Origin: Blepharisma stoltei ATCC 30299
Lineage: Eukaryota; Protista; Ciliophora
Reading direction: 5' to 3'
Length of the DNA: 64,000 nucleotides
NCBI GenBank assembly: GCA_965603825.1
Contig: CBFDEM010000011.1
Coordinates: 992,001-1,056,000, forward strand
Both the position numbers and the translations under genes were made by a program. Shown here one piece after another: positions 35,388 through 46,971 of the stretch (within the stretch, counting starts at the first letter, position 1; every line of letters begins with the position of its first letter). Below the pieces are notes generated by a model, which was given only the letters and a program-made list of their open reading frames with translations, was not told the origin of the DNA and ran no database searches.

Positions 35388-36839
35388 ATGTCCACTGCTC
35401 AAGACTATGATGTCGACGAAAGAATTTCCACAATTAAAAGTTCTTTAAAACGAATCCAAAGCTCATTTCTCGGAGAAAGCTCTTCTTCTTATATCCCTGA
35501 CATATCTCAAGCAAATTCTCAATACTCAATCAAAACTCCAGAGCCTAATGAAAAATACCCACCTGAAAATATTGACAATACTACTACCACGAAGCCAAAC
35601 TCAAACTATCACACGCCTTATGTTTCAAATTATGTCGCATTTGGTGGAAATTCTAAAGAAGAAAACAGCTCATTCAGTGATACTCAATCGCCTAAGCGCC
35701 AAGACTATATTCAAACTATGGATCCTACATCTTCAAGCTGATACCCAAAAAAACTTTCTATAGATGAGGTAGAAATCGATAATTTCCCAGAATTAAGCAA
35801 AGTAGAACAAGAAATAGCCCACAAGCAAGACCAAATTGATGAATTATTAGGCTGAAAATCAGAAATTATCAAAAAAATAGAGAAATATGAAGACGAAATA
35901 GCAAATAAAAATGATTTAATTGCAGAGCTCAAAGGAGAACTATTTGAAGCAAATTTACAAGTAAAAACTTTAAAAGCTAAAAATGAAGCAATTTTAAGAG
36001 AAATCGAAGAAAGCTCTATGAGGGACTCTGGGAGACTAGACAAAAGTGATTTAAAAAATAGAATTGCTGAGCTTGAAAAGGCTAGAGTTGATTATATGCA
36101 AGAAAAAGAAGAAATTCAAGAGGAGCTCCAAAGAAAATCAGCAAAAATCAACGTACTAGAACAAAATTACCTAACTGTAAAAAAAGAAAGAAATTATTTT
36201 GCAGATAAAAGCAAAGACTTAGAAACTAAATTAACAGCAATTTCTATAGAAAACTCAGAAATCAAACGAAAATTATCACTCCACTCCACATTAAGTTTAA
36301 AAAAATTAAAAACTATTGATAAAAATATCCCGATAAAGAAAGGACTAAAAACTTTGAAAGGAACAGAAAAATTGTATTGGCATAAAGAATTAGAAGGCAC
36401 AAATGAACATAAAGAAAGGCTTAATTCTCCGAGAGCTCTGTCAAAACAAAAAAAATCACCACAAAAAGAATTAACAGGGACATTTATGAGGAAAATTATT
36501 GGGCAGCTTATGGTAATATTAAAGGTGGAGCATGCAAATGAGCTAGTAGAAGCTTGTACAAATGCGGTAAAAGATGCAAAATTGTCACATGATGCACAGA
36601 AATTTCACAAAAAAATAAGCTCGTTGATTGTTAAATATTCGCCTCCAAATTCTGTTGAGAAACCTAGCCTCAATAGAGTATATAAGTGGATAAGGAGATT
36701 AATAGAGGAATATTTATTGATTAAAAAGCAACAAGAAAATACTCAAAAGCATACTCAAATAATACAGATGTTGATGAAAATGCTGAATGTCAATTTCCCA
36801 GAAGATATATTGACTGAATTAAAAAGAATTATGAATTAA
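35388..36839 (+). CDS. Coiled-coil protein, ~483 aa
   Basis: ORFs 35388 and 36018 are in one frame through TGA 35739 and 35853; long heptad-rich region; TAA 36837. Confidence 0.75.
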
Positions 36840-36855
36840 TTTAATTATTTCTAAA

Positions 36856-37569
36856 TTAATTTCTTGCCGTAAGATAAACAGATAAGATATCATCTTTATT
36901 TCTTTTCATTTCGTGGCATCTTAGCCTCTTTTTGTGAAGTTTTGATAACTTTGTTTTCAAAATCTCATTAAATTCTTTGTTTTCTTCAAGATTTATCCCT
37001 TTAGATTTTAAGATTTTTCCTATTGGGTTTAATAAAGAAGTTGAGCTATATCTAACCCTTTCGTTTTTAATCTTGATTTCTCTATCTTTTATAGGTGTAT
37101 TTTGGCTTGAAAGAGATATCCGTGACACTGGTTTAGATAAAGAATCTATCCTTGACGAATTTGGCGTTTTTTTCTGTTTTACAATTATTGGATTAAGATC
37201 TTCAGAGCTGCTGTGTGGCTTTATTTTAGGTAGCGGGATTCTTAATTTTCCACGATTTAAATCGTCATCAAAATCAAATGTATCAGTTACTATAGGTCCT
37301 GGTTTTTTAAATTCTCTTTTTTTTGTATATTTTTCAAAAATCTGTTCTGATGGCCTAATAAACGCAGATAATAAATTATCTTGCTTATTTTTTGGCAGTT
37401 GAGGACTTTGATTTGCTTTTTCTTTGATGAGATTCATAACAAGTGCATTAAATGTTTTAGATTTTCGATGACGAAATATACCTTTAGGCTTGCTTTTTCT
37501 GAAATTTATATAAGGGATGATTTCATTTGTTTTCAGTATAGGTTTGTAGCTTCCCAAGCGAATGTTCAT
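36856..37569 (-). CDS. Hypothetical basic protein, ~237 aa
   Basis: First ATG of ORF 36856-37620 (MNIRLGSY); K/S-rich; no domain recognised. Confidence 0.6.
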   Translation of the reverse strand: MNIRLGSYKPILKTNEIIPYINFRKSKPKGIFRHRKSKTFNALVMNLIKEKANQSPQLPKNKQDNLLSAFIRPSEQIFEKYTKKREFKKPGPIVTDTFDFDDDLNRGKLRIPLPKIKPHSSSEDLNPIIVKQKKTPNSSRIDSLSKPVSRISLSSQNTPIKDREIKIKNERVRYSSTSLLNPIGKILKSKGINLEENKEFNEILKTKLSKLHKKRLRCHEMKRNKDDILSVYLTARN

Positions 37570-38666
37570 TGATAAATTTATTAAATCATTTAATATAAAA
37601 AGAAATTTTTTAGAGTACACTAAATTAAAGATTTTTCGATATTTTTTTAAAATAATTTATTGATGGCAAAGATCATGAGTAAACCCTTTTGATTTATTTT
37701 TAATACATAAACTAGCACTTTCTCAAAAGTTAGACTTCAATAATCTTATACAAAATATTTTTATGATTTTAAATTGCTAGTTTACACAAAAATTAATTTT
37801 TCTTTTTAATAATTCTTATAATTGTTTAATTTATTATCTTTTCTACATAGAGTGATTTTGTTACCTTTTCATCAAAAAATAAATATTCAGCTTTTATTTT
37901 TTTTGCTATAAAGAATTTTATTTACTTTTTAACCTTTATCTACTTATTGTAAATTCAAATTATCAGCACAATAAGCACTTCTAGCTTCCCTTCTTGCATT
38001 TTATAGCATAAGCTTTGAAAATTGTTTCTTCATTTTGAAAAATATAATAATTATGCAAGAATAACTGTTCAAGTACTAGCTAGACTCACGTCTTGCAATT
38101 TTATATTTTATTTGTGTGATCTTTTATTATCGAACTTACACATTTAGAATTTCAAATTCAAAATTGATACAATTTTGTATCAAATTAAAGTTTCACCAAT
38201 AGTAAGACTAAATAAAAGTAATTGCATTTATTTCTGCTCTCTAATAATTTTATCCGCTTATCAAAACAGCATAATCATAAAGTAAAAGCTTATTGCATGA
38301 ATTAAAATCCAATAAATGCCGAATTAGCTTATCATTAGTATCCTTTTCAATATGAAATCTTCGGTTCAGTAAAAACCATTATCTAGAATTTAAAATTCAA
38401 GATTTTTATCATATTTTTCTTTATCTTAAATTGCCTGTTTAATTTTAGGATTTTCATTTCTCCAACCTCATATAAAAACTCTTCATATCTTCATTAAAAA
38501 ACGATAATCATTCAATTTTTGACAAAAAGTCGACTGTTTTGAAAATTAATCTTATGCATAATTCTTTAGATATTTGTTCATATGGGTTCTTATCCAGTTT
38601 TAAGTATTCCCTGCGATTGTAGGTAGCTGAATTAATTTATGTAAAGATTTGGTAGTTAATAAAAAC

Positions 38667-40874
38667 ATGAAGCCAGATAGTCCAACAGCCACAAACCCTA
38701 TTACATTGAGATATGCAGAACAAACATTACCCACAGATTTCAACTCTGCACTCCCGAAGTTTTCTTTGAAATTCCCGAGTAAATCGATTGAGGCGGCTTA
38801 TAAAGAAGCAGTGATATTCGGTCGCACAGAATCTAAAGCATCATATGAAAATCCTTATACATCAAGACACAACTTTTTTATGTGCTATTATGGAATAGTA
38901 TTTCTCTATATATTATTTTATATTTTCAACTATGTGGCTGATCATGCCACACAAGAAATTTTCAAATTCCAAATGTGCTTTATGCTTGCAATCGTGTTTA
39001 TCAATTCATGCACCTTTCTATTGGCCTTTTTAGGAAGATTTTTAAGTAGGTTCAGATCTGATCTACTACAATTCACGCATATCTCTACAGCTCTTGCCTT
39101 AATTCTGAACGATACCTATGTTCAAGAATTGATCTTTGATGATGGCACAAGTAACTGTTTTTCAAGTATGTTTGGTCTAACTGTGATGCTAGCAGTGTCA
39201 CGGTTTATTTTGCATACCAATTATTTGGAATATGCATTCTGAAGTGCAATAATCGGCATAATTTTCCTAGTAATTAGTTTGCAGACTGAAAAACCAGTCG
39301 AAATCACACTATTTGAATCTGGATGCTACATGATTATGGTAATCTTTGAGACTCGGAACTTCTATAAAGAAGAAGTCCAAGTGCGAAGCAATTTCAACAC
39401 TATTAAAAGTTCTGCCACAGCTCCTGAAACCGATTTAAAAAAACCTGAGGAAGAAAAACCTAAAACAGAAATTGAAGAAGTAATGATTGGTGTAAAAGAT
39501 TCGATAGTTGCCATCCAAACAATGATCACTAAATCCTCGTCAGAAAACCAGCCGAAGCTTTCACAAGTTTTTGATAATTTAAATAAAGTTATGAAGCTAA
39601 TAGGCTCAAAAGCAAATATTTATTCCTCTGATATTGAAGTTATAACTAAAGGACTCGATAAAGAAGACCAACTTTTTATACAGCAAACCTGGAGCAACCA
39701 TAATAGACTAGAAGTGAGAAGACCAAAAAAATTCAGGACATTAAAAACATCCGAAGTCGCTGTAAAATATGACGTTGATGAATTAATCGGAATACTTAAA
39801 CAGGTGGGAAAACAATGAAATTTCAACACATTTTTCTTAAAAGATTGCACAGATGGCAGGCCACTTGTGATTATTGGGAAATATTGCATACAGAAATACA
39901 GGCTTGATGAAGCCTTTAATTTAGACGAGGATTTATATATAACTTTTCTAGAAGATCTAGAAATAAAATATAAGAAAAATCCTTACCATAACTCCTCACA
40001 CGCAGCCGATGTTTTGGCTTCTTTTATTTATTTTGTAAGCAAATCCAGACTGGCTGAATATCTTACTGAAATAGAAATCCTTACATCAGTTATCGCGAAT
40101 TTAGGGCACGATGTAGGACACCCTGGGTATACTAATCGTTTTCTTATTAATAAAAGAGACAATTTGGCAATAAGGTATAACGACGTTTCAGTACTAGAAA
40201 ATATGCACTCGTCAATAGTGTTTCAATTAATGCAAGAAGAAAATAAAAATATACTAAAAAGCCTGGATGCTGAGCACTGGTGTGTGGCCAGAAAGCAGAT
40301 AATTGATATGATTTTAGCTACGGATATGGGAAGACATTTTGAGCTTCTTGGGCAGTTTAGAGCCAAAACGATGAATAATTCGTCAAAGCCTTTAGACACC
40401 CCTGAACAAAGGATGGATGTTATGAAAATTAGCATAAAAGCAGCTGATATAGGCCACGCAGCAAAAATTTTGGAAATCCATGAGAGATGGACTCTTCTTG
40501 TATGTGAAGAGTTCTTTACCCAAGGAGACTTGGAAAAGAAAAACAACTTGCCAGTGTCAATGTACTGTGACAGGGAAACAACAGATGTATCAAAATCACA
40601 AGCTGGGTTTATCAAAAATATTGCAATGCCGCTCTATATGGCATTAAATGACTATTTGGAATCACAAGATATAGAAAACTGCTGTATCCAGCAGCTAAGA
40701 TTTAACCTGGAACATTGGGAAAACAGCTACAAGAGATATCGCCAAGTAACCACCTGTGATGATGAAGTTCCTAAATCTGAGTACGAAGATCTAATTAAAA
40801 GGTACAAACGACAAAAAAGATGCGGAACACAAGCCCCCAGAAGGAGCGATATCGAAGTTGAAGAAGTTGTCTAA
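38667..40874 (+). CDS. Membrane-anchored class I cyclic-nucleotide phosphodiesterase (paralog of 23973-26216), ~735 aa
   Basis: ATG 38667, TGA 39240 and 39816 in frame, TM region. NPYHNSSHAADV, HDVGHPG, YNDVSVLENMH, LATDM, WTLLVCEEFFTQGD. Confidence 0.92.
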
Positions 40875-40953
40875 ATTTAAGGTAATTTAAAGATATAATA
40901 CAATGTTTCATTATAGCCTACGCTATTTTTGTAACTTTTAAGAATAAATTATA

Positions 40954-41466
40954 ATGGAAAGTGATGATATAACCCACGCGAGCAAAAAGAAAAAGACTGA
41001 AAACGGAGAAGCCATCACAGAGGTTGCAGACTTGCCTGAGCCAGAAGAGCCTGAAGAAAATGATGAAGCTGTCAGCGTGTTCCCTTTAGCAAGAATCAAA
41101 AAAATAATGCAGCTTGCCACAAATGAGACTATAAGGCTGGACTCAATTAAATTAATTGCAAAAGCGACTGAACTTTTTGTAGAAGAATTCGCAAAGAAAG
41201 GATTCCAATATACACTGGTTCATAAGAAAAAAACTCTTAATGCAAATGACTTAGTTGAAGCGCTGAATGTGCACTCGAATTTGGCTTTTATAAAAGAGGC
41301 GGGAATTATTATGTCAAGACCGCGGTCGTCAGTGAGCCAAACTGCTATGGAAATTGAAGAAAATCTTGAAGAAAACCTTGAAGAAAGCCAAGTGGTATTA
41401 AGTGAAGAAAATAAAGATATGATTATTGAAAGTGTGGAAAATAAAGAAAATACAAATGATAATTAA
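40954..41466 (+). CDS. Histone-fold protein of the NF-YC/POLE4/CHRAC1 type, 170 aa
   Basis: FPLARIKKIMQ..LIAKATELFV..KKKTLNANDL..LAFI with acidic tails. Confidence 0.85.
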   Translation: MESDDITHASKKKKTENGEAITEVADLPEPEEPEENDEAVSVFPLARIKKIMQLATNETIRLDSIKLIAKATELFVEEFAKKGFQYTLVHKKKTLNANDLVEALNVHSNLAFIKEAGIIMSRPRSSVSQTAMEIEENLEENLEESQVVLSEENKDMIIESVENKENTNDN

Positions 41467-41670
41467 TAAATTGAATTTTCCTAATTATTTATTTTATAAA
41501 AGAAATCAGATTTAAATTGAATAAATACTAATTATTTGCAAGGCAAGCTTATCTATGATTTATTTAAATTCTTCTAATTAATTATATTTCTGCATGCTAC
41601 CCGTTTTTTCAATCCTCTCTTATCATCAGTTATCAAATCTTATTTATTTCACGTTTAATGAACGATAAAT

Positions 41671-42285
41671 ATGTGGAATTCTGTCTCTTGCAACGTTGTT
41701 TACAAAAGATACCTGAAGGAAAAACAAGATGAAAATTTAAGGAAAAATATAATCCACGCAAAACCTATGATAGACACAAAGCCGCCAAAATCTTTTACAC
41801 ACTCTATAAACTTTTCAAAGAAGCATAAGATTACAGGTAATTCTCAAATAGAAAAACAAGAAAAAATTCACATGGAGAACCAAGTCTTGCTAAAGAAAAT
41901 GCTCACTATTGACTCAAAGCCTTCTGCTTTAAATTCACAAGAAATCGCTCAAGCCGTCAGATTCCAAGGAACACTTAATCTTCCTCTCAGAAACAGAATA
42001 TTAAGCGAAATTAAATCAGAAAATACACGATTATTTAAACGGATCCGAAATGCGCAGTCACAATATTCAATTGTTAAATGGGAAGAGTCAAATGCTTATT
42101 TAAATTATATAAAAAGCAATATCAGAAGAAATTCTGGGAGAATTGATAAAAAGTACTTTGAGCAGCAATATGAAGAAGACAGCGAATTTTATACAAATAA
42201 AGTGCTAAGACCGCTTACATCACTACACAAAAAAAAATGAATCGAAATCCAGCGTCCCAGTACAAAAGCAAAATCTGATGTTTAA
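41671..42285 (+). CDS. CFAP97/Hemingway-like protein (paralog of 6545-7183), ~199 aa
   Basis: AKPMIDTKPP, IHMENQVLLKKMLTI, IKSENTRLFKRI. TGA 42238 read through to TAA 42283; probable intron 41837-41851. Confidence 0.75.
41837..41851 (+). other. 15-nt stop-free intron GTAATTCTCAAATAG
   Basis: Matches the consensus (GTAA, A10, TAG) at the same codon position and phase as intron 6988-7002 in the paralog. Confidence 0.75.
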
Positions 42286-42336
42286 TAGTTTTTTATTTAT
42301 CATAGCTATTTCCTAAATTAATTGAATAGGCTTAAC

Positions 42337-44199
42337 TTATAAATCCTTTACCGCCTCCTCAGCAGCTTTTTCTCCTCCTCCAACTATTGCGTCAAAATCA
42401 TCTAAACTCCTCACTTCAGCAATTTCCATATTATAAGAGTCTTCCAAAGTCTTCAAAGTAGCCAGCTCTTCATCAGTTGTGACCAAACTAATACAAACCC
42501 CATGTCTCCCAAACCTCGAACACCTACCGCTTCTATGCAAATAAAGAACGTCATCAATATCTCTTGATTTTGGGATCCTTGGCAAGTCAAAATTAACGAC
42601 ACATTTCACCTTGGTGTTATCAATACCTCTTGCAAGCAAGTTTGTGGTTATCAAAGTCGCGTATTTTCCTTCAGTAAAATCGTTCATGGTCAGGTTTCTT
42701 TCGTCTACAGTCATATCTTGTCCCATAAGTAAAGCGCATTTCCATTCTTTTTTGGAGACGACACCATAGACAGTTCTAGCGAAATTGCAGGTATTGACAA
42801 AAGCAATGGAAACTCCGCTAGTGATTTTTCTTAAAATCTGCTCAAAAGTGTCTATTTTTGTGCTTTGAGGAGTTCTGAAATAATAGTGGTCAATAGTGTC
42901 GAGCATTAAATCTTCTTTTTTGATAGTAATTTCGTTAAGGTTTCCTAAGAGCTGCACTATATCAGTTTTTACACTATCTGTATAAGTAGCTGAAAACAAT
43001 AAAACTTGGACTTGGTCTCTTGGGAATCCAGTTTTAATGAAATCCTCAATTTTCTTAAAGTTTTCAAGATTATCTTTTTTGTTCAAAATATGGTCAGCTT
43101 CATCCATAACCAGCACTTTTAGTCCTTCCAAATTAATGCTTTTTGTTTTCAACGCTTTGAAAAATGACCCTGAAGACGCTACCAAAACTTGCCCATCAAT
43201 TCGTTCTCCACCTTTAGACAGCACAGACACAGAAATTCCGCAAGGATCCGCAAATCGCTTATATTCTTGGAAATTCTGATTCGCCAGCTCAATGGTGTGG
43301 TTAATGCAGATTACTTGTGTTTGAGGGTTATTTATATCCACCCTGCATAATGACCCTATTACAAAAGTCGCTGTTTTTCCTGACCCATTTGGTGCTTGGG
43401 CTAACAAATTTTCGTAGCCTTCTTTTAGTATCACTTCAATGCCGAAGTTCTGGATTTTTGATGGGAATGGGAATCCAGCTTGTTCAATAGCGGCTAAAAG
43501 ATTTTGTGGGATCGGCAGCTCGTCCCAGTCCTTATTAGCTCTGAAATGGGTTTGGGCAGAATGAGTTTCTGGGTCGAATTGCTCGTCTTCTTCTCTATAG
43601 AGGACTTCTTTGCCGTGGCTGTTTTCAAAGAATCTGCGGCGCTTAATTTTGACTTTTTCGAATTCGCCACGTTTGGGACCTTTCTTCCTTGGGGTGTCTT
43701 TGTATGATCTTTTTCTTTCTTCGTGGGGATGATCGTGAGACTCTTCATGATGCTCTGAGGTTTCTCGAGGCTCTTCGTCATGGTCGTGCCTTGGCTTGAA
43801 TTTTCGTTCTTCGCCGTGGCCTCGTCTGCTTCTGGAGCCTCGTGGATGTCTGTCAGTGTGGCTATAGTCTGTCGCTTCCCATGATTGGCCCCTGGATTCT
43901 TCTTTATGGGACTCTTCAGCAGTCCAAGGATCTGCTGATGGCTCTTCTTGTCTTGGCTCTCTGGATTTCCATGGCTGACCTTTGGATTCTTCTCTGGTAG
44001 AACTTGGGCCCCTCCAGCGACCTCTGGATTCACCTCTTCGGCCGCCTTCAGTTCCTCTTCTGCCTCTGCTTCGTCTTGGACGTCGTTCAGTGCGGGCATA
44101 ATCTGCAGTTTCCCATGATTGGCCTTTAGACTCTTCAGCATCAGGCTTTGCAGAAGAACCTCCTTCAGCACCCCAAGGGTCAGAATTGTCGTAGATCAT
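42337..44199 (-). CDS. DDX19: DEAD-box helicase Dbp5/DDX19 type with long repetitive N-terminus, 620 aa
   Basis: PSKIQ, NLLAQAPNGSGKT, DEADH, LLFSAT, LITTNLLARGID, YLHRSGRCSRFGRHG. Confidence 0.85.
   Translation of the reverse strand: MIYDNSDPWGAEGGSSAKPDAEESKGQSWETADYARTERRPRRSRGRRGTEGGRRGESRGRWRGPSSTREESKGQPWKSREPRQEEPSADPWTAEESHKEESRGQSWEATDYSHTDRHPRGSRSRRGHGEERKFKPRHDHDEEPRETSEHHEESHDHPHEERKRSYKDTPRKKGPKRGEFEKVKIKRRRFFENSHGKEVLYREEDEQFDPETHSAQTHFRANKDWDELPIPQNLLAAIEQAGFPFPSKIQNFGIEVILKEGYENLLAQAPNGSGKTATFVIGSLCRVDINNPQTQVICINHTIELANQNFQEYKRFADPCGISVSVLSKGGERIDGQVLVASSGSFFKALKTKSINLEGLKVLVMDEADHILNKKDNLENFKKIEDFIKTGFPRDQVQVLLFSATYTDSVKTDIVQLLGNLNEITIKKEDLMLDTIDHYYFRTPQSTKIDTFEQILRKITSGVSIAFVNTCNFARTVYGVVSKKEWKCALLMGQDMTVDERNLTMNDFTEGKYATLITTNLLARGIDNTKVKCVVNFDLPRIPKSRDIDDVLYLHRSGRCSRFGRHGVCISLVTTDEELATLKTLEDSYNMEIAEVRSLDDFDAIVGGGEKAAEEAVKDL
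43819..44181 (-). repeat. Intragenic degenerate repeat in DDX19 N-terminus
   Basis: DPWGAE..EESKGQSWETADYARTERRPRRSRGRRG / EESKGQPW / DPWTAE..EESRGQSWEATDYSHTDRHPRGSRSRRG. Confidence 0.8.
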
Positions 44200-44382
44200 A
44201 TTTATTGGATTCTACTTATTGAAGATGGAAGAAAATAAAGCTAAGGAAAAATTTTCAATTAGGGAAGAATAACATTTTTGCGCTTCTTTCAACAGATTAA
44301 AAAATATTAAATATTTACAGAAAAATGAAAATATATATGAGATAAAAATTTTTATGCATATAAATTCTAATAAATATTAATT

Positions 44383-45303
44383 TTATTTTTTCATTAGAAA
44401 TGGGTTCGTGCTTGCTTCTTCAAAGGTATTTCTCGATCTTTCTACTATAATACTTGAGCTTACACTTTTCTTATGCATAGGAGCTGTTTGCTGCCTAACA
44501 TGAGTTGGGCTTTCTTTTAATAGCTCTTTTAATGCGTCTCTCGCTTCTTCTAATTCTGCTTGTATTTGTTTATTATATTCATCACTTAAATAATTTTCAT
44601 ACATGCAGTCCTCTAGCTGTTTTTCTAGCTTCTTTTCATGCTTTTTCATTAATTTTATAGTCTCATCCAGCTTTGAATTCGCGTTTTCCATATATGACCG
44701 TTCGTCTTCTTTTTTCCGTGCGGCTGTATTAATTTTGTTCAATTTATAAGCAGTATTGATATAATTCAGCTGGGTTTGGAACAATTGAGTTTTTATATTA
44801 TGCGTCTTGGATTTCCCACAAAAATGCAAAAGTGTAGCTACTAATTCTTTGATTTGGATTGGAGTCATATAAATCGGTTCTGCTTGTGATGAATAAATCA
44901 TATTTAAAATTTCGCCTCAGCTCCTATTAACTGGCATACTTTGGCTAACCCTCATTCCTCTGATATTTTCTAAGCTTTGCCGAGACCTAATTGATTCTCT
45001 ATTAGTTTTACACTGAAAAAGCAAGTCAGCTAAATCTCTCGCTAGTTGTGCTTTTTCATGAAAATTAAAAGAATTTAGATCTGGCAAGCAAAATAAGGTT
45101 TCATCAGTTGTCTGGGCATTTTTATTGAATTCTTCGTTGATAGCAGAACTTAAGTTTTGAATCATTTTTTCAAGAAGATCTGATAATTGCTGCTCGCTTG
45201 ACATTTCTGAGATTGGCGTCATGTCTGCAATTGCATCTGTTGACGGCCTTGGTCCTTCAATTTTCTCAGTTTTTGTATTCAATGGCTGTTTATGAGATTC
45301 CAT
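44383..45303 (-). CDS. Hypothetical coiled-coil protein, ~306 aa
   Basis: ORFs 44917-45303 and 44383-44901 are in frame via TGA 44917. Confidence 0.7.
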
Positions 45304-45363
45304 TATTATAGCAAAGAATTAAAATTCTTAAACAGGGAGTCCATTTTTAAATAGTTAATCTTG

Positions 45364-46113
45364 ATGGAAAACAATAAAACTTCAAGAAGAGTTGAGTTTG
45401 CGCTATCTGGGCTACATCCTGCCTTATTTCTAACTGACGTCGATGAATATTTTATCTGCAGGATTTGCTATTTTGTTGTCAGAACACCACTTGCATGTAC
45501 AGCTTGTGAAAACCTTTACTGTAAAGAATGCGCTGAAAAATACATAAGAATCCGCGGCAAAATCTGTAAATACTGCAAAGCTGAGCTAAACTTACTAGAA
45601 CTCAGAAAATTCCCTTTGAAAATTTACAGCCAATTTACTTTATTTTGTGAAAATTATAATCATGGCTGCCGCTTTGAAGGGAGCATTGAAGAAATCCGTG
45701 CCCATATTCAAGAATGCGAATTTAGCTTGATTCACTGTTCTAACCCTCTGTGTACCAAAGAATTCTTATTAAAAGACTGCACGTTCCTTGACCTAAGAGT
45801 TTGCTCTTTAAAATGTAATGAAGCAGTCCAATTTTGGAATATTCTTGGCAAGCAAAATAAAATAGACTATATTAAGTTCTTCTGGCAATGCTTGGATGCG
45901 TATAAGACCAAGCTACAAAATTCTATTGAAGAAGAGTCTAAAGATCTAGCTGAAACTGGGGACGAAAAACTAAAGCAAATACAAGAGGAAACTGAAAAAC
46001 TGAGGCAGCAGCTTTATGAAGTAAAGCATTTGATTCATAATGGAAAATTGGTGCACTCAGTGTGGACTTGTTGTAAACAAGAAAAATATTCACAAGGATG
46101 CGTAAAAATTTAA
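45364..46113 (+). CDS. RING + TRAF/Sina-type zinc-finger protein, ~249 aa
   Basis: CRIC..CTACENLYCKEC..CKYC, CENYNHGC..HIQEC..CSNPLC, coiled coil, C-terminal H.G..WTCC..GC. Confidence 0.8.
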   Translation: MENNKTSRRVEFALSGLHPALFLTDVDEYFICRICYFVVRTPLACTACENLYCKECAEKYIRIRGKICKYCKAELNLLELRKFPLKIYSQFTLFCENYNHGCRFEGSIEEIRAHIQECEFSLIHCSNPLCTKEFLLKDCTFLDLRVCSLKCNEAVQFWNILGKQNKIDYIKFFWQCLDAYKTKLQNSIEEESKDLAETGDEKLKQIQEETEKLRQQLYEVKHLIHNGKLVHSVWTCCKQEKYSQGCVKI

Positions 46114-46155
46114 TAAAAATTTCGATGTTTATGATGTTTTTTTTAAAATTCTTTA

Positions 46156-46878
46156 ATGGAACCTCGATCTTTGAATATGCTGAAGGCTGTTATAGAGGAA
46201 AATATAAATCAAAAATTTTCTCTTATAGAGAAAGAAGTAATTGGACAGCAAGAAATCCTAGTAAAACTTATCGAGCAAGTAAATTCCTTAGCTGATCTGT
46301 TAAAAATCCCGATCCCTGAGATTTCTTTGCCTGAATTATCAATTCGCCCTATGCAAATTAAATTTCCACAAGAATCTGACACTCACCAAATTAATCAAGA
46401 TCACTTAGAAAATTTGCCATTAGCCAAGCGGCTTCAAGAAGAGCGAAAACTTGAAGCTCTTAAAAAGCAAGAAGAAGCAAAAAAACGATTAGAAGCTCAA
46501 AAGAAAAAATTAGAAGAAGAACGCGAAAAAGTAAGAAAATTAAAAGAAGAAGCTGAAATTAAAAGGATTGAGACTCATAAAACCAATGGAAAGCCTCCAC
46601 GGACAATTTTAAAAAATACCCAAGAAATAATTATTAAAGGAGGAAGAAAAAATTTATACACTGAAGCTGCTACTATTAACTTAACAGCAGCAACTGATGA
46701 TATAGACGAGAAACGCGAACTTTCAGCTTCAGACATGAACTTTGACCAGCTCAGTGGCTTCGGGAGCCGTGAACCTGAAGAATTTTCACTTTCTGACGAA
46801 ATAATAGAAGCGTTAGATTCAATGCATGATTTCGACTGAGGAAATGACATTTTTAATCATATTATTGAATCTAGCTAA
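46156..46878 (+). CDS. Hypothetical charged coiled-coil protein, ~240 aa
   Basis: ORF from ATG 46156; TGA 46837 read as Trp extends it to TAA 46876. Confidence 0.65.
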
Positions 46879-46971
46879 TTTTTTTACAAAGCGCTTTATA
46901 ATATAAAACATTCTTTTTCTTTCATTACAAAAAAAAATTAACTATTGTTACTGTAACATTTTATAATAATT

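Noticed and set aside
43494-44171. 225-aa alternate-frame ORF overlapping the DDX19 N-terminus
   Set aside because: Non-ATG start, and explained by the T-poor repetitive coding strand, which lacks stops.
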